DNA of 64,000 nucleotides from Octopus vulgaris (Eukaryota): the NCBI GenBank assembly GCA_951406725.2, contig OX597828.1, positions 50,282,001 to 50,346,000 on the forward strand. The letters are read 5' to 3'. Below, piece by piece: positions 46,165 through 58,587 of the stretch (its first letter is position 1; each line of letters begins with the position of its first letter). The position numbers were made by a program, and so were the translations under genes. The notes beneath the pieces were generated by a model. The model made no database searches, was not told the DNA's origin, and was given only the letters and a program-made list of their open reading frames with translations.

Positions 46165-46600
46165 AAAAACAAAAGACAAAGACGGGTGTGTAAACAACAA
46201 ACAGATGTATTAGTTTAACGTTCGTAAAGTGAGAAACTCTTTTACGTTTCGAGCCTACGCTCTTCGACAGAAAGAAACACAGAAATAAACAGGGAGAGAA
46301 AATAGGAAAAGGTTTAGTGGCTAGCGATCCCTCATGGCGAATGCCGGACAGAAGGGTCACACAGGTGAGCAAGGAAGAAAGGGAGATAATAAAGTAGCGG
46401 TGATCCCAAAATGAAGGTGCGTGTGCATGTGAGAGCGTATATGTGCGTGTGGAAGGGGGATGGTGGCATTGACATGTGCATGTGTGCATGTGTAGGTGTG
46501 TGGATGATGGTGTAGGGGCTGGGAAGTGGTCAGTGCTACTGTGTGCTGGGTGGTGTGATGTGGTGTGGTGGTGCGTGGTGTTATTTCTTTTTTGAGATCT
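46165..46600 (-). mobile_element. PLE 3' tail with hammerhead-like motif (46239-46274)
   Basis: Minus strand CTTT-CTGTCGA-A-GAGC-GTAG-GCTC-GAAA-CG-TA-AAAG. Confidence 0.7.
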
Positions 46601-46802
46601 CTCGCAGAGGTTGTCTTGCAGACAAACGTCAGAGGCGAAAAAATAATGCAGTTGCATCATCAGTGCCTGAAGAACCATACTCTTGTCATCACTGCAATCA
46701 GATATGTCGATCCCACATCGCTTTTATCAGCCACAAACGAGCGAGCAGACAACGTGGACAACAGCCCTTCCTAATCTTCGTCAGCGAAGCGATGCCAAGA
46801 AA
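46600..46802 (+). mobile_element. RTE-clade LINE 3' end
   Basis: KRQRRK...YSCHHCNQICRSHIAFISHKR terminal motif and ...CGAAGCGATGCCAAGAAAA tail. Confidence 0.75.
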
Positions 46803-46845
46803 AAAATATATATACACATTTGTACATACATATATATATGTACAT

Positions 46846-46883
<38 letters not shown>

Positions 46884-46884
46884 G

Positions 46885-46935
<51 letters not shown>

Positions 46936-47317
46936 GTATGTGTGTGTATGTGTTCCCCCCCCTGTGTGTCTATATGAGGGGGCATAGTTCATGAAGCAGT
47001 CATGTACACAAGTACAGTATTCATCTTAAGAATATAATTAACACATTAGCTAAAAGCTCCTAATACCTGCTAATCTCCGTACTAATCCATAATTTTTTAA
47101 TTGCTGCAATGATACTCATATCTTAGTGGATTTCAGAATTACAAGAAAAAAAAAACCAAGTTGAAATAGATGGTATATAATATCATTTAATCAGCCTTAT
47201 AAGTTAATTGTAATCAGGTAGATTGCAAAAATATCTTGCTCTGTCAAGTATACGTGTACTGTTTTAACATAACACTCTATTTGCTAAATGTTAATGTTGG
47301 TACACTAAAAAGAGAAT

Positions 47318-47632
47318 TCCGTCGGTTACGACAACGAGGGTCCCAGCTGATACGATCAACGGAACAGCCTGCTCGTGAAATTGACGTGCAAGTGGCTGAG
47401 CATTTAACAGACACGTGTACCCTTAACGTAGTTCTCAGGGAGAGTCAGCGTGACACAGAAAGTGACAAGGTTGGCCCTTTTGAAATACAGGTACTACTCA
47501 CTTTTGCCAGTTGAGTGGACTGGAGTAACGGGAAAATGAAGTGTCTTGTTCAAGGATACAACGCATCGCCGAGAATTGAACTAACGACCTTATGATTGTG
47601 AGCCGAATGCCCTAACCACTAAGCTACGCAAC
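47318..47632 (-). mobile_element. tRNA-derived SINE family C
   Basis: Reverse complement matches 55998-56296; A/B boxes in head. Confidence 0.88.
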
Positions 47633-47924
47633 CTCAAATGTTACATATATATAGATATTTCAACATGCAAAATTCTATGCAACATGCAGCTAATTTTAAC
47701 CAATGTAAACTAAACTTGGCTATCATTAATTTCATCAGGCTTATACGGAACTAAAAGAAAAGGTAAATGATACTATAACATTAATTACAACCTAAAATGG
47801 TAATTCTAGCCTCGGCCACTTCTTCACCAATAAAAATGACCTCGAAACTACCTATAATACTGAACTTTGAACTTTTCAAACATACCACCTTTTAAAAATC
47901 ATTCTGGAATGCAGTTCTATATTT

Positions 47925-48395
47925 AAAAGATGAATAATTATGTACATTATTTACAATTGACGGATATTTGTCCTCATCTTGTTTGTTGTTAACACAACGT
48001 TTCGGCTGATATACCCTCCAGCCTTCATCAGGTTTCTTGGGGAAATTTCGAACCTGGATTCCCATTCCTAAGGTATTTTTCTTTGATAGATTTTGTTGTT
48101 GTTGTTGTTGTTGTTGGTGTTGTTGTTGTTGGTGTTATTATTATTATTATTATTCACGTCATTGCCTGAAATCGAACTCGGAATCTCGGGGTTAGCAGCC
48201 CGCGCTCCTAATCACCAAGCCATATGTCCGTGGGCAAGTATGGAGTGACTTTTAGGGCTTATAAATCTAATATTCCTCTATCCTTCCTTTATACCGGTTC
48301 CCATATGCTGTTCATATCTACACTCGGTCTGCTTAGGAGGTTGTTGCGTCCAAGCATATGTGCTGTTTCTTTTAGTTTTCGTATTTTCTAGTGGC
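47925..48395 (-). mobile_element. PLE 3' end: GIY-YIG C-terminus, tRNA-like segment, (AAT)n(AAC)n, hammerhead
   Basis: KIRKLKETAHMLGRNNLLSRPSVDMNSIWEPV; tRNA-like 48229-48160; hammerhead 48036-47992. Confidence 0.75.
47992..48036 (-). ncRNA. Minimal type I hammerhead ribozyme motif
   Basis: GAAAC-CTGATGA-A-GGCTG-(10 nt)-CAGCC-GAAA-CG-TT-GTGTT; perfect 5-bp stem II; palindromic AACGTT in place of stem III. Confidence 0.75.
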
Positions 48396-48548
48396 TTCTT
48401 TCAGTTGCCATCTACGAAATCCACTCGCAAGGCTTTGGTCGAGCCGAGGCTATAATAGAAGACACTTGACCAAGGTACCACGCAGTGGGACTGAACCCGG
48501 AATCTTGTGGTTGGGACTCAAACCTCTTAGTATATAGCTACGGCTGCG
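48395..48548 (-). mobile_element. SINE family A 5' half
   Basis: Head and first body segment only. Confidence 0.8.
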
Positions 48549-48964
48549 TCTGATCATATTTTGTCTTTTTCTCTTCATATATTAGTATAAACTGAGAGAG
48601 CACTCATTTAATTAGATTTAATTAAATATACTTCTGCAAACTCATCGTACTATTAAATAAGCATTGAGATAACTTACATTAAATTACAATTTTATAATTG
48701 TATTAAAATCTAATTAACATTTTCATTTTCTTACTTTATACTCGAAAATACAATATGTAATTTCTAATATAACACCCTTTCAGCATTTCTGCATGAATTC
48801 TAATTTTCGCTTGTTATATAACTATTTTTCTTCATTCAGAAAGCATTAATAGCGATACAGATATAATTATACTAACAAATATCAACCGAATCACTTCCTC
48901 GATTTAAAATTTATCTTTTGGAATAATGTAATTCCTATCAATTCCTCAATATTTCGCGATGATA

Positions 48965-49425
48965 TTGGTTTCAAATTTTGGCATATGCCAGCAATTTCAG
49001 GAAGAGAAGTGAAGTCAATTACATCGACCCTAGTCCTAAACTGGTTCTTACTTTATCGACCCCGAAAGATGAAAGGCAAAGTCGACCTCGGCGGAATTTG
49101 AACTCAGAACGTAAGGACTGACAAAATGCCGCTAAGCATTGTGTCCGGCGTGCTAACAGTTCTGTCAGCTCACCGCCTCAGTATTTCGCGATAATATTAA
49201 AATCATTCATAAGGTGGCGAGCTGGCAGACTCAGTAGCACACCGGGAAAAATGTTTAGGTGCGTTTTATCCGTTCTTACGTTCTGAGTTCAAATTCTACT
49301 GAAGTCAACTTTGTCTTTCACTTTGCCTTTCAAATATTCGGTGTAAATTAAATAAGTACCAGTTGAATCAACTTACTAGACCCCATCCCCGAACGCTGGC
49401 CTTGTGCCAATGTTTGAAATCAATA
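48965..49425. mobile_element. Two SINE family B copies, divergent head-to-head (48965-49178 -, 49211-49425 +)
   Basis: Both carry the GG(C/T)GG(C/T)GAGCTG(G/A)CAGA head and GAGTTCAAATTC B-box. Confidence 0.8.
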
Positions 49426-49469
49426 TTAAAATCATACACCTTTTACAATATATGAATATACGAATACAT

Positions 49470-49720
49470 GGAATATGAACTTTTTATGCAAACAACGAAG
49501 GAAACAAATGGAAAACAAGACACGCAACATAAAGAACGACCCTTCATCAGTTGTCAGCTGTTTTTATAATACATGCTCGAAATACGGATTAGAAAAACAG
49601 CCGACAACTGATGAAGGGTCGTTCTTTATGTTGCGTGTCTTTTTTCGATTTGTTTCTTTCGTTGTTCGCAAAAAAGTTCATATTCCATCTATTCGTATTT
49701 CGTATTCCATATTTTCGTAT
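49470..49720. repeat. PLE-type fold-back inverted repeat
   Basis: AAGACACGCAACATAAAGAACGACCCTTCATCAGTTGTC.GCTGTTTTT (~49517-49565) and its reverse complement (~49593-49642), with looser outer arms. Confidence 0.85.
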
Positions 49721-49809
49721 TTTTTGTTGTTTACGTTCTGTGATGTCCTGTGCCCACATATGCATATGTATATGCGTATATATGTATGTCCACATACGCA
49801 TATATATAT

Positions 49810-49882
<73 letters not shown>

Positions 49883-50477
49883 AGAGATAATGATGTCATT
49901 GAGACTCAAAGGTGTCAGGTAATGCTGAATAAGTGCTGTAGACATAAGATAGTTAAGTTCCAGATTCGGTAATATTGCAAATAAAGGGTTCAACGTTGGT
50001 TCTATGTCAGCGTGTGTATATATGAATTTTTGCGTAATGAAATAAAAAAAATATTTTAAACACAAACCTCGAATCTGCTACATTCTATATTAATTCACTA
50101 CTGGGAATGACCAACTTTAAGAGAATCTTACATTGCTTATAAACTTTACATTTGGATGGACTCATATTAAACTCTGTTGGACTTTTGGATTTTACTCAAA
50201 GGATATTGGAATAATACACATATGTACCATTATGCCTATAAAACGGATTTATGAACTCAATACCCATACATATCTTACATCTATTTTCTTTCCTCCACCT
50301 CACTCTCTATTTATATCACATCGAAACTAACTATGATTTAACTTTTCCTCTCACACCGTCTCCGATGATGGGATATTATTATTAATTTAGAAACATCTGT
50401 TAGAACTTCTATCTAAAAATGCTCTAATATCTATACAGCCTTGGTTTTTTTTTATCTCATTACGCAAAAATTCATAT

Positions 50478-50885
50478 CTTTTACTCTATTACTCTTTTAC
50501 TTGTTTCAGTCATTTGACTGCGGCCATGCTGGAGCACCGCCTTTAATCGAGCAACTCGACCCCGGGACTTATTCTTTTGTAAGACCAGTACTTATTCTAT
50601 CGGTCTCTTTTGTCGAACCGCTAAGTAACGGGGACGTAAACACACACCAGCATCGGTTGTCAAGCAATGCTAGGGGGACAAACACACTCACACAAACATA
50701 CACACGCATATATATATACACATATACGACGGGCTTCTTTCAGTTTCCGTCTACCAAATCCACTCACAAGGCTTTGGTCGGCCCAAGGCTATAGTAGAAG
50801 ACACTTGCCCAAGGTGCCACGCAGTGAGACTGAACCCGGAACCATGTGGTTGGTAAACAAGCTACTTACCACACAGCCACTCCTG
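50478..50885 (-). mobile_element. SINE family A, full length
   Basis: Conserved head, body and tail. Confidence 0.92.
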
Positions 50886-50941
50886 ATATATATATATATA
50901 TATATATATAAGCGAGAAAGAAGCAACAAGAATGGATAGGT

Positions 50942-51032
50942 TTTTAGTACAATCGTTTCATACAAGGACAGGCTTTATTAAAAGTTGCAAAAATTACAGC
51001 ATATAAACGTGTCCTGTACTCATCAGCTAAAA
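50942..51032 (-). ncRNA. Type I hammerhead ribozyme motif (left arm)
   Basis: Reverse complement of 53037-53127. Confidence 0.8.
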
Positions 51033-53036
51033 TACATGTGAGTTCTCTAGACATCCTATTGGTTGAGGCTATACTCATGAAGTAGATAATTAAGTAACAT
51101 AAACAGATTTCCAAAGTTCATTAAAGTTCTTTAAAGATGATGTACAGTCTTATCACAGAATTTTAAAAAAAGTTTTAACAGCATCACAGAGAAGGTGACC
51201 TAATCCATAGTGCACATATGAATTTCCAGAGATATGATGAGGGATTACATACTCACAGACGACAAATTTATCCATTGTTAATCACAACGAGGTGGGTCTC
51301 AATTCATGCTTATTAGCATTACAGAGAGGGTGAATTAATCCTTTGTATAGATGCACAATTTCCAATGGTGTAGATGTAAATTTCCAGAGAAATGAAGAGG
51401 AATTTCATATTCACAGGCGATAAATTTATCAATGGTTGAACACAATGAGGTAGGTATCAATTCTTGTTATATGAAATTCTAAAGCATAGAAAACATAGAA
51501 ACTTATTGAATAACCATATCGAACTAGGTCAAGTTTGTGTCCACGCTAAATTGAAGACTTTAAAATATTTTAAATGATTAGAATATTCGTAACTAGATAG
51601 ATAGATATAACTTGATTTCTACTAGTATAACACTGCTTTAAATAGATAACTAAGAGTTCTCACACTACAGTTATCTTTTTCCTTATATCTGCATCAGTTT
51701 TCTTTGAGAACAGGGAAATGAATAGTACTTATACGCTGCTTAATTGAGGCTTTATTTAATTTCAAACTCATAATTTTAAATTCTTAATTTTAAATCTTAA
51801 TTGTAATTTGTAATTTTAATTCCTAACTTAATCTAATTTAAGTAGCATAACTAATAAAATAAAATGAGTTACTATAGCCCCATAATTCTATTTCAAAATT
51901 AAATAAATAAGGCTACTCCCTCGGTGATAATATGATTATCTTCATTATGATAGACAATTCCCTAACACCTTGTAAATGATCTTCTAAGATTTGACCTGTA
52001 GTCCGTCAATGTATGAATAATAAAGGCAACTCCTTAAGACAATATAATGAATAAATTAAATAAATAAACTTTAATGACTTTTTGATAAGATTATACTTAG
52101 ATTTTCCTAATGTATTTTCTTTTGATTTTAGCATCTGACCCCTAAACCCCTGACTGTGTTATCTCTTTAGATTCTCTTTAAATTCACAGCTGATTTCAAC
52201 AGCAATAAATTAGCTGTTTTACTGGTCAAAGAATAATATTCTCCTCTAGTTCCTAGATGCCTGTAAATTAAAACCAGACTTGCCGTCTGCTAATTCTTCT
52301 GTATAACTAGAACCCTCTTTTTTTCTTTTTCTTTTTCTTTTTTTCCCTTCTTTCCCTATTTCTTTCTCTTTTCTCTTTTTTCTTTTTCTTCTTCCTATTC
52401 TCTTTTTCCTTTTCTCTTCTCTTTTAGTCCCTCTCCCCCTTTTTTGCTCCCTCCTCCTTTATCTTCTCTCTTTTCTTCTATTCCCTCCCCTTTTCTATTC
52501 TTTGCCTCTCTAGAAAGCCCTTCAGCCTTTAAAAGTTAAATAGCTACAGCCTCTTGTAAATAGCAGTAATGTGATTAATGTGGCAAATACCCAATCATAT
52601 AACAAGAATTGATACCTACCTCATTGTGTTCAACCATTGATAAATTTATCGCCTGTGAATATGAAATTCCTCTTCATTTCTCTGGAAATTTACATCTACA
52701 CCATTGGAAATTGTGCATCTATACAAAGGATTAATTCACCCTCTCTGTAATGCTAATAAGCATGAATTGAGACCCACCTCGTTGTGATTAACAATGGATA
52801 AATTTGTCGTCTGTGAGTATGTAATCCCTCATCATATCTCTGGAAATTCATATGTGCACTATGGATTAGGTCACCTTCTCTGTGATGCTGTTAAAACTTT
52901 TTTTAAAATTCTGTGATAAGACTGTACATCATCTTTAAAGAACTTTAATGAACTTTGGAAATCTGTTTATGTTACTTAATTATCTACTTCATGAGTATAG
53001 CCTCAACCAATAGGATGTCTAGAGAACTCACATGTA

Positions 53037-53127
53037 TTTTAGCTGATGAGTACAGGACACGTTTATATGCTGTAATTTTTGCAACTTTTAATAAAGCCTG
53101 TCCTTGTATGAAACGATTGTACTAAAA
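53037..53127 (+). ncRNA. Type I hammerhead ribozyme motif (right arm)
   Basis: TTTTAG-CTGATGA-GTACAGGACA...TGTCCTTGTAT-GAAA-C-GATT-GTA-CTAAAA: 6-bp stem I, intact core, long stem II, GUA cleavage triplet. Confidence 0.82.
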
Positions 53128-53274
53128 ACCTATCCATTCTTGTTGCTTCTTTCTCGCTTATAATCACCCCACATTACTGTATTGTTAAAACAGTATAGTT
53201 TTTTTTGGTGCATCTAAGTTAGGTACCTTATTCAAGTAAATTCATTTAAATTAACTTGAATCTTTATTGCTTTT

Positions 53275-53315
<41 letters not shown>

Positions 53316-53576
53316 TGTGTATATAAAATGTCTGTGCGTGAGTGTATGCGCGCAACATTTAAATAACATTGTTATACAAATTTGGTGTTATACAAATTTA
53401 AACTCACCAAGAAGTAAACACCATTTAATCAGATTAATTTTCTTTTTCCAGGTTTTCGTGAATTGTATTAAGCTTGTTTGTTGCAACGGTAGGAACTTTT
53501 AGTCATTCTCTCATTCAGACTTTATTGGTTCGTCTTCCATAACCTATTAATCTGTGAAGCCCCACCCCGCCACACC

Positions 53577-53645
<69 letters not shown>

Positions 53646-54509
53646 GTGTGTGTGCGTGCGTGTATTATGTGATTAGTGCAATATTATGAAGCAAAGAACG
53701 GAGAAATAAGCAAACAATACAGAGTCAGATAAGCGAAAGCATGTGACAGAAAAAACGCGTAGAAATATGAAAAAAAAAAAAGACACCAGGAACATAAATA
53801 AAAGAAATGTACAATGAAGATAAATACGCAAAAGAGAGAAAAGATACAGAACAATATCTGGTGTTTCAGATGATGCTCATTATCTAACAAAAAAACAGAA
53901 AGAAAAATAAAGAAGCACGAGAAAGTAAAAAAAAAAACAAAACTGGACAAAGAAGAATTGAAGACGTATGTTGATATGTCAGGAGTGAAACAGAATAAAA
54001 CGATGTGGACCAAAAGTAGAGATACAAACGGGGTTAGAAGGAGATTGCGTGGGGAAAGAGTGATGGGGGTGAGAGGGAAATAGAAAAGGCAAGATGACGG
54101 AGAGAGATAGAGAGAGAGAGAGAGAGAGGGAGAGAGGGAAGAGCGAAAAACATGGAGGGGGAAGATGCAAAGAGTAAAGTTGGAGAGAAAAAGGCAGGGT
54201 CACATATAACTTGAGAGGATGAGGACGATTGTGGGGAACTCCCTATAATATTGCTTGTGCATTGGCTTGTATATACGTATATAGAGGAGTGTAGCTAAAT
54301 ATGCAAGACTTTCATTTGTGTAGAGATTAAACAGTACTTATTGCACATCAAGAAATCTGAAATTCGTCTACTTAGGTGTGAAACAATAATACTTGCAATG
54401 TAATACATCACTCCAAGAATCTAAATACATACACACAGACAAAACAAGTAAATAGACAGCCCATAAAACATCATTTTATGTTTATTTTGACTTCAAATGG
54501 TTTATATAC

Positions 54510-54894
54510 GCTTTTACTTGTTTCAGTCATTTGCCTGTGGCCATGCTGGAGCACCGCCTTTAGCCGAGCAAATCGACCCCGGGACTTATTCTTTGTAAGC
54601 CCAGTACTTATTCCATCGGTCTCCGCTAAGTGACGGGGACGTAAACACACCAGCATCTGTTGTCAAGCAATGCTAGGGGGACAAACACAAACAACCACAC
54701 ACACACATATGTATATATATATACATATATACGACAGGCTTCTTTCAGTTTCCGTCTACCAAATCCACTCACAAGGCATTGGTCGGCCCGAGGCTATAGT
54801 AGAAGACACTTGCCCAAGATGCCACGCAGTGGAACTGAACCCGGAACCATGTAGTTGGTAAGCAAGCTACTTACCACACAGCCACTCCTGCGCC
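54510..54894 (-). mobile_element. SINE family A, near full length
   Basis: Conserved head, body and tail with a small internal deletion. Confidence 0.9.
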
Positions 54895-54949
54895 TATCTT
54901 TTATTATTTGATACGTTTATGTTTCAGGTACTATATATGACGGTTTACT

Positions 54950-55435
54950 CATGCCACCTACAAAAGAAGCCTTGGAAATGTTCAAATTTCAAAGAGGCCG
55001 TATTGTGGATCAATCTGAAGGTGGATCTAGCGTAAAATCGTAGAAAACCTTGGAATCCCACTTTTTACAGTTAATAAGATGATTGTGTTATTCACCAGAG
55101 AAGGGAAGGATTTCTTTTTTAAGTTTCATGCAGTAATCTCAAAAGATCCGGCTTTGAGGATACTTTCTTGTTCTTTTTATGAAGTGTCCTGTCCATTATG
55201 CCTCAGAGGTATTTAAAAGATCATATCTGGTGACTGTCTTGGAAGTTTTTTAATGCCATTCTTTTCCAACCAATCTTCGGTCAAGAAGGTATCCTCAAAG
55301 CCGGATCTTTTGAGATTACTGCATGAAACTTAACAAGAAATTCTTCAAGAGAATATTCGTCATCTGATCAATAGGATGCCTTATCGGATCCTTGTATTAA
55401 AAAATGTAAAGATCATGTCTACTAAATATTAGATA
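54950..55435 (+). pseudogene. Tc1-type transposase remnant with internal deletion and inversion
   Basis: N-terminal MPP...FQRGRIV...LGIPLFTVN on +; WLEKNGI...QSPDM on - (55275-55120); C-terminal IRHLINRMPYR...STKY* on +. Confidence 0.65.
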
Positions 55436-55640
55436 TTCACATTATAATAATTAATAAATAATTTTAATGAATAATTTTAATGTTTTTAAGGGTATATATT
55501 TACTTCTGTCATGTCTGTGTACATACGTGAATATACGTATGCACATCTCCAGACAAGGTGCATACCAAATACAACCCATGCTCACACGCTCTGGTAACTA
55601 TATACGTATATTTGTTGTCGTAATAAATCATATGGTAGTA

Positions 55641-55843
55641 CACGAGGGGTGTGTGCTAAAAAAAAAGTTCCTGGCTTTAAGAGTATCACGAAAGGCCTGG
55701 TTGGAGGCCCAACTTTTCGAGTTCTTTTGCAGGGCTCAGAAAAGCGTGTTAATCTGAGAGAGGAATGTGTCGTATAAATTCATAACTGAACATCGTGTAT
55801 TTTCTATTACCCAAAGTCAGGAACTTTTCATCACCCCCGGGTA
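55641..55843. mobile_element. Mariner-derived MITE
   Basis: Imperfect TIRs CGAGGGG...AAAAGTTCCTGGCTTT / AAAGTCAGGAACTTTTCATCACCCCCG. Confidence 0.7.
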
Positions 55844-55997
55844 AATGTGTAGAATATATGTGTGGTAAAAGAAAGATATATGTGTGGTGTGTTATGATGT
55901 GGACTAATATATGAAAGGATGGTAGGTTGGAGGAATGTCTATACGTTTAAAGGAAAATGGTGTGGCTGCCAGTGTGTCTGTAAGTATGTGCGTCGTG

Positions 55998-56296
55998 AAG
56001 GCGCCTGGCTTAGTGGTTGGGGTAAGGCCGAACGTTCAATTCTCGGCGACGCGTTGTGTCCTTGAGCAAGACACTTTGCTTCTCAGTACACCAGTTCACT
56101 CAGCTGGTAAAATGAGTAGTACCTGTATTTCAAAGGGCTAGCCTTGTTACTCTCTGTGTCACGCCGAATCTCCCTGAGAACTACGTTAAGGGTACACGTG
56201 TCTGTGGAGTACTCAGCCACTTGCATGTTAATATCAAAAGCAGGCTGTTCCGTTGACTGGACCAAGTGGAACCCTCGTCATTATAACTGAACGGAG
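55998..56296 (+). mobile_element. tRNA-derived SINE family C
   Basis: Matches the reverse complement of 47318-47632. Confidence 0.85.
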
Positions 56297-56620
56297 TAAC
56301 AGTGAATGAATGAATGAATTTATGCGTGCATTTGAGGTGAGTAATTAGGCCTACGTGGTACGTTTGGATGTCTTAATGTATACGATACACACAGACACAC
56401 ACAGTCACTCACTGACACACTCTCACACACAGAGGCACAGACATACACACGCACGCACGGATGCACACACACGCAGGACCAAGAATGTATTTTTACCTCC
56501 ATTAGTAGAGAGGTTCTGTACCTCCGGCCAGGTCTGGTGAGTCACCGATAATGTAAGAGCATTATAGGTGCGAAACCAATGGTAACTTTCTGACCTGTCA
56601 TAACCAACGACAATATAAAT

Positions 56621-56700
<80 letters not shown>

Positions 56701-57891
56701 ACACACAGACATACACACACACACGCTCACACACTAATGCATATAAATACATACACATATAAATGCATATACACACGCGATTTCCTAAACACATACTACC
56801 TTACAAGCTTATACATCAATGATTAATGCGTTATATAAATTTTGATGCATACGCGCGCGCACACACACACACACATATATATATCTACATAAATACATCT
56901 ATACGCAGTAGTCACATGTTTATATATCGTTATCTTCAGGCCTACCATTTCCCGTAAACTTTCTATAGTCTATATCGAATAATTTTCTATCCATGTCACA
57001 TCTAATTTAGCTTAATGACCTTCCCCTCTTTTTGAATTATTCTGTTTACATTTCTCTTACTTCCACCTTTTAATTAATTTTCTACAAACCATATTGAATT
57101 AATTTGCTGAAATATCTTATAATTTAATTTAATAGATTTTCCTTTTTAAACATGATTATTTTATTAATTTATCATCAAAATAACGAAGCCTCTGCAAAAT
57201 TATACGTCCGATTCACACGCACACATACATACATATAAATATATACATATATGTATACATGTATACGTATATATATATGTATATATACACATATACATAT
57301 GCACATAGGCACATAGATATCAAGTAGATGACTTATAAAACTATTCCGCACAACCAGCCATACCAACAATCCATATTGCCTCCATCATCAGCTGCCACAC
57401 GGATATCACTCTGGTTTCGACACCTGAACAGTTCCATTCAATCCGGCGGTATCAACAGTACTAAAATAAGTGTTGTTTGGGAACAAACATACCATATATA
57501 TCATCTCATTCAATCAATCTTAATTCTAGTAAAGACTAAACGCTAACATAATGAATGAAATTACTACAAAGAAACACATTTACCCTGTGTACATAAACAG
57601 TAACGGTAAATAAATTCAATAAGTAAACCTATAACTAACTCGTAAATTAAGTAAATAGCCTAGCCCTTGAAGTCCATGCAAATATGTATATATACATACA
57701 TACACACATATATAGATAGATAGATACGTATACATATATGTATGTATACCCTTAATATATATATATATATGTAATACAATTTACTGAACGTTTTTTTAAT
57801 ATGCTAGACCACTGGTGTCAAATTGATGTCATCAAATTAATATCTAATTTTTCACCCTCATCTTAATTTTAATTTTATATATATTATATAT

Positions 57892-57925
<34 letters not shown>

Positions 57926-58043
57926 CGATAGATAGATAGATATATAGATATATAGATAGATAGATAGATAGATAGATAGATCGATAGATATATAGATAGA
58001 TAGATAGATCGATAGATATATAGATATATAGATATATATATAT

Positions 58044-58082
<39 letters not shown>

Positions 58083-58242
58083 CATATTATTATCATAATT
58101 AATTAATTAATTATCACTATTTTAAGCATATATATATGTATGTCGTTATTCAGTTTTATTTCAAGACTTCTTTCCAATAAAGAAAAGGTTGATTTTTAAC
58201 CTGGATCCTTGGCTCCTGCATCAGCAACAGGATATTTTTGTT

Positions 58243-58555
58243 TGTATGTATGTATGTATGTATGTATGTATGTATGTATGTATGTATGTATGTATGTATG
58301 TATGTATGTATGTATGTCTGTATGTCTGTATGTATGTATGCATGCATGCATGCATGCATGTATGTATGTATGTATGTATGTATGTATGTATGTATAATGT
58401 ATGTATGTATGTATGTATGTATGTATGCATGTATGTATGTATGTATGTATGTATGTATGTATGTATGTATGAATGTATGTATGTATGTATGTATGCATGC
58501 ATGTATGTATGTATGTATGTATGTATGTATGTATGCATGCATGCATGCATGTATG

Positions 58556-58587
<32 letters not shown>

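Larger units (their letters stand above)
50907..53280. mobile_element. Non-autonomous PLE-like insertion with inverted pseudo-LTRs (~567-bp arms, 1.1-kb spacer)
   Basis: 50907-51474 is the reverse complement of 52595-53162 with no mismatch seen by eye; each arm carries a hammerhead; TA tracts on both sides. Confidence 0.85.

Noticed and set aside
48160-48229. Functional tRNA-Ser(GCT) gene
   Set aside because: No paired acceptor stem or long variable arm; this is a tRNA-derived segment, as are the other SINE heads
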